NCBI GenBank assembly: GCA_041497675.1
Contig: JBGQGY010000024.1
Location: forward strand, 1 to 36,365
Source of the DNA: a bacterium
GTDB taxonomy: Bacteria > Sysuimicrobiota > Sysuimicrobiia > Sysuimicrobiales > Humicultoraceae
Reading direction: 5' to 3'
DNA length: 36,365 nt
In this document: positions 34,780-36,365 of the stretch, in pieces
Position numbering within the stretch: position 1 is the stretch's first letter
How the letters are laid out: each line of letters opens with the position of its first letter
The notes under the pieces: model-generated
What the model saw: the letters and a program-made list of their open reading frames with translations, nothing else
Database searches by the model: none
Told to the model about the DNA's origin: nothing
Made by a program: the position numbers and the translations under genes

Positions 34780-36365
34780 CCCGTATCCGCGTACTCGAGC
34801 GCTCCGTCGCGGAGCGCATCGCGGCTGGCGAAGTCGTCGAGCGTCCCGCCTCGGTCGTCAAGGAGCTGCTCGAAAACAGCCTGGACGCGGGTGCCGGGCA
34901 GATCAGCGTAGAGATCGAGGGCGCGGGGCTGCGGCTGATCCGGGTGGCTGATGATGGCGCGGGCATCACCGCCGACGATGTGCCGCTGGCCTTCGAGCGC
35001 TTTTCGACGAGCAAGATCACGTACGTCGAGGATCTCGGGACGATCCGCAGCTATGGCTTTCGCGGGGAAGCCCTCGCAAGCATCGCCGCGGTTGCGCGGG
35101 TGACGATCGTGACCCGCACACCCGACGCGGGCGCGGCCACACGCGCGCGGGTGAGCGGTGGCGCCGTTGAGGAGATCCACCTGCACGGCGCGCCGCCGGG
35201 CACGATGGTCGAGGTGCGCGACCTCTTTTTTACCACACCGGCGCGGCTTAAGTTCATGAAGTCGCACGCCCGGGAGCAGTCGCTCGTTGCCGACGTCGTG
35301 CAGCGCGCGGCGATGGCCCGCCCGCAGGTGGCCATCCGGCTCGCGTTCGACGGACGCGAGATCGCCCATTGGCCGAAGGAGTCGCCCGACGAGCGGGTGG
35401 CGGACATTCTGGTATCGGGGCGCGACGAGGAACTGGTGACGGCGTCGGGGTCGATCCCGGGCGGCACCATGAAGGCGTGGTTGAGCCGGCCGGAGCGGGC
35501 GCGGCCAAATCGGACCGGTCAGTACGTATTTGTCAACGGACGCCCGATTCAGAGCGCCCTTGTGCGGCGTGCGATCGAGCAGGGCTACGCGCAACTGTTG
35601 CCGGTGGGCCGGTTTCCCGTTTTTGCGGTCTTCCTCGACGTGCATCCGGGAACGATCGACGTGAACGTCCACCCCCGAAAACTCGAGGTCCGCTTCAGAG
35701 ACGAGTCGGGTTTGTTCGGCGCGGCCGCCAGGCACGCCCGCGCGGCGTTGTTGGCCAGCCCGCTCGTGCGTGCGGTCGCGGCACCGCAACCGGCTGGGCT
35801 GCCGGGAGACGGCTCCATGGGGTTGGCCCTCGAAGTCCGCGAGGGACCGGGCGGGTACGGTACGATGGTCGCCGGCCGGCGGCTGCCGGTGCTCCGGCCC
35901 GTCGGTCAGGTGTTGCGGACCTATCTCCTGGCCGAAGGACCCGACGGCTTCTATCTTATCGATCAGCACGCGGCGCACGAGCGGATCCTGTACGAGCGGC
36001 TGATCGCCGCGTACCGGCGGGGAGGCGTCACGAGCCAGACGCTCGCCGTCCCGATGACGATTGATCTCTCGCCCTCGCAGGCCGCGCTGCTGGCGGGCGC
36101 GCACGACCGGCTGGCGCAGCTCGGATTCCACGTCGAGTCGTTCGGCGCGCGGACGGCGCTGCTGCGGGCCATCCCGGCCACCATCCCAGGCGCCTCCTTG
36201 GGAGACCTGTTGCAGCGGGCGTTGGCCGCGCTCGCCGGTGATGGCGACGAACCCCGCCACGATCCGCTTGAGCGGCTCGCGATCGCCACCGCCTGTCACA
36301 CGGCGATCCGGGCGGGAGACCCGCTGGATGCAGAGGCGGGGGCGGCGCTCCTGACCGATCTCGAA
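34776..36365 (+). CDS. mutL: DNA mismatch repair endonuclease MutL (partial, runs off the right edge)
   Basis: Manual translation from GTG 34776 gives [39 protein letters not shown], then [31 protein letters not shown] and ACH. Not in the ORF track because no stop falls inside the window. Confidence 0.96.
   Translation, partial: [530 protein letters not shown]

Noticed and set aside
384..36299. Many long antisense or alternative-frame ORFs (e.g. 1668-3359, 24455-26593, 27103-28356, 32302-33900, 34338-36299)
   Set aside because: They are shadow ORFs of well-supported genes, caused by high GC3 and few stop codons. They are Arg/Pro/Gly-rich with no family motifs.

Overview
This is a high-GC bacterial chromosome window, mostly housekeeping genes on the + strand. 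Order: asd, dapA, uppP, ftsK, a BMP-family nucleoside ABC transporter with a PfkB kinase and psuG (probable pseudouridine uptake and catabolism), rodZ, cinA, thpR, recA, recX, a UvrD-type helicase fused to a 4-Cys PD-(D/E)XK nuclease, rny, ymdB, a PHP phosphoesterase, a small zinc-ribbon membrane protein, selA, selB. Then come two paralogous secreted hypothetical proteins (- strand), tRNA-Sec (selC, anticodon UCA, + strand), a conserved-looking hypothetical protein and ilvD (- strand), and finally mutS and a partial mutL. The backbone resembles the Bacillus asd-dapA...spoIIIE...rodZ-cinA-recA-rny-ymdB...mutSL order. Signals absent from the ORF track are: the 5' end of a lower-GC SIR2-like gene at the left edge; Gram-positive-type LexA boxes in the recA promoter and possibly the uppP-ftsK promoter; a non-canonical A-G pair in the tRNA-Sec acceptor stem; a long imperfect hairpin after selC; and a probable leaderless mutS. 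I saw no CRISPR array, transposase or integrase, and no convincing selenoprotein. All calls come from motifs recognised by eye; no database searches were run.
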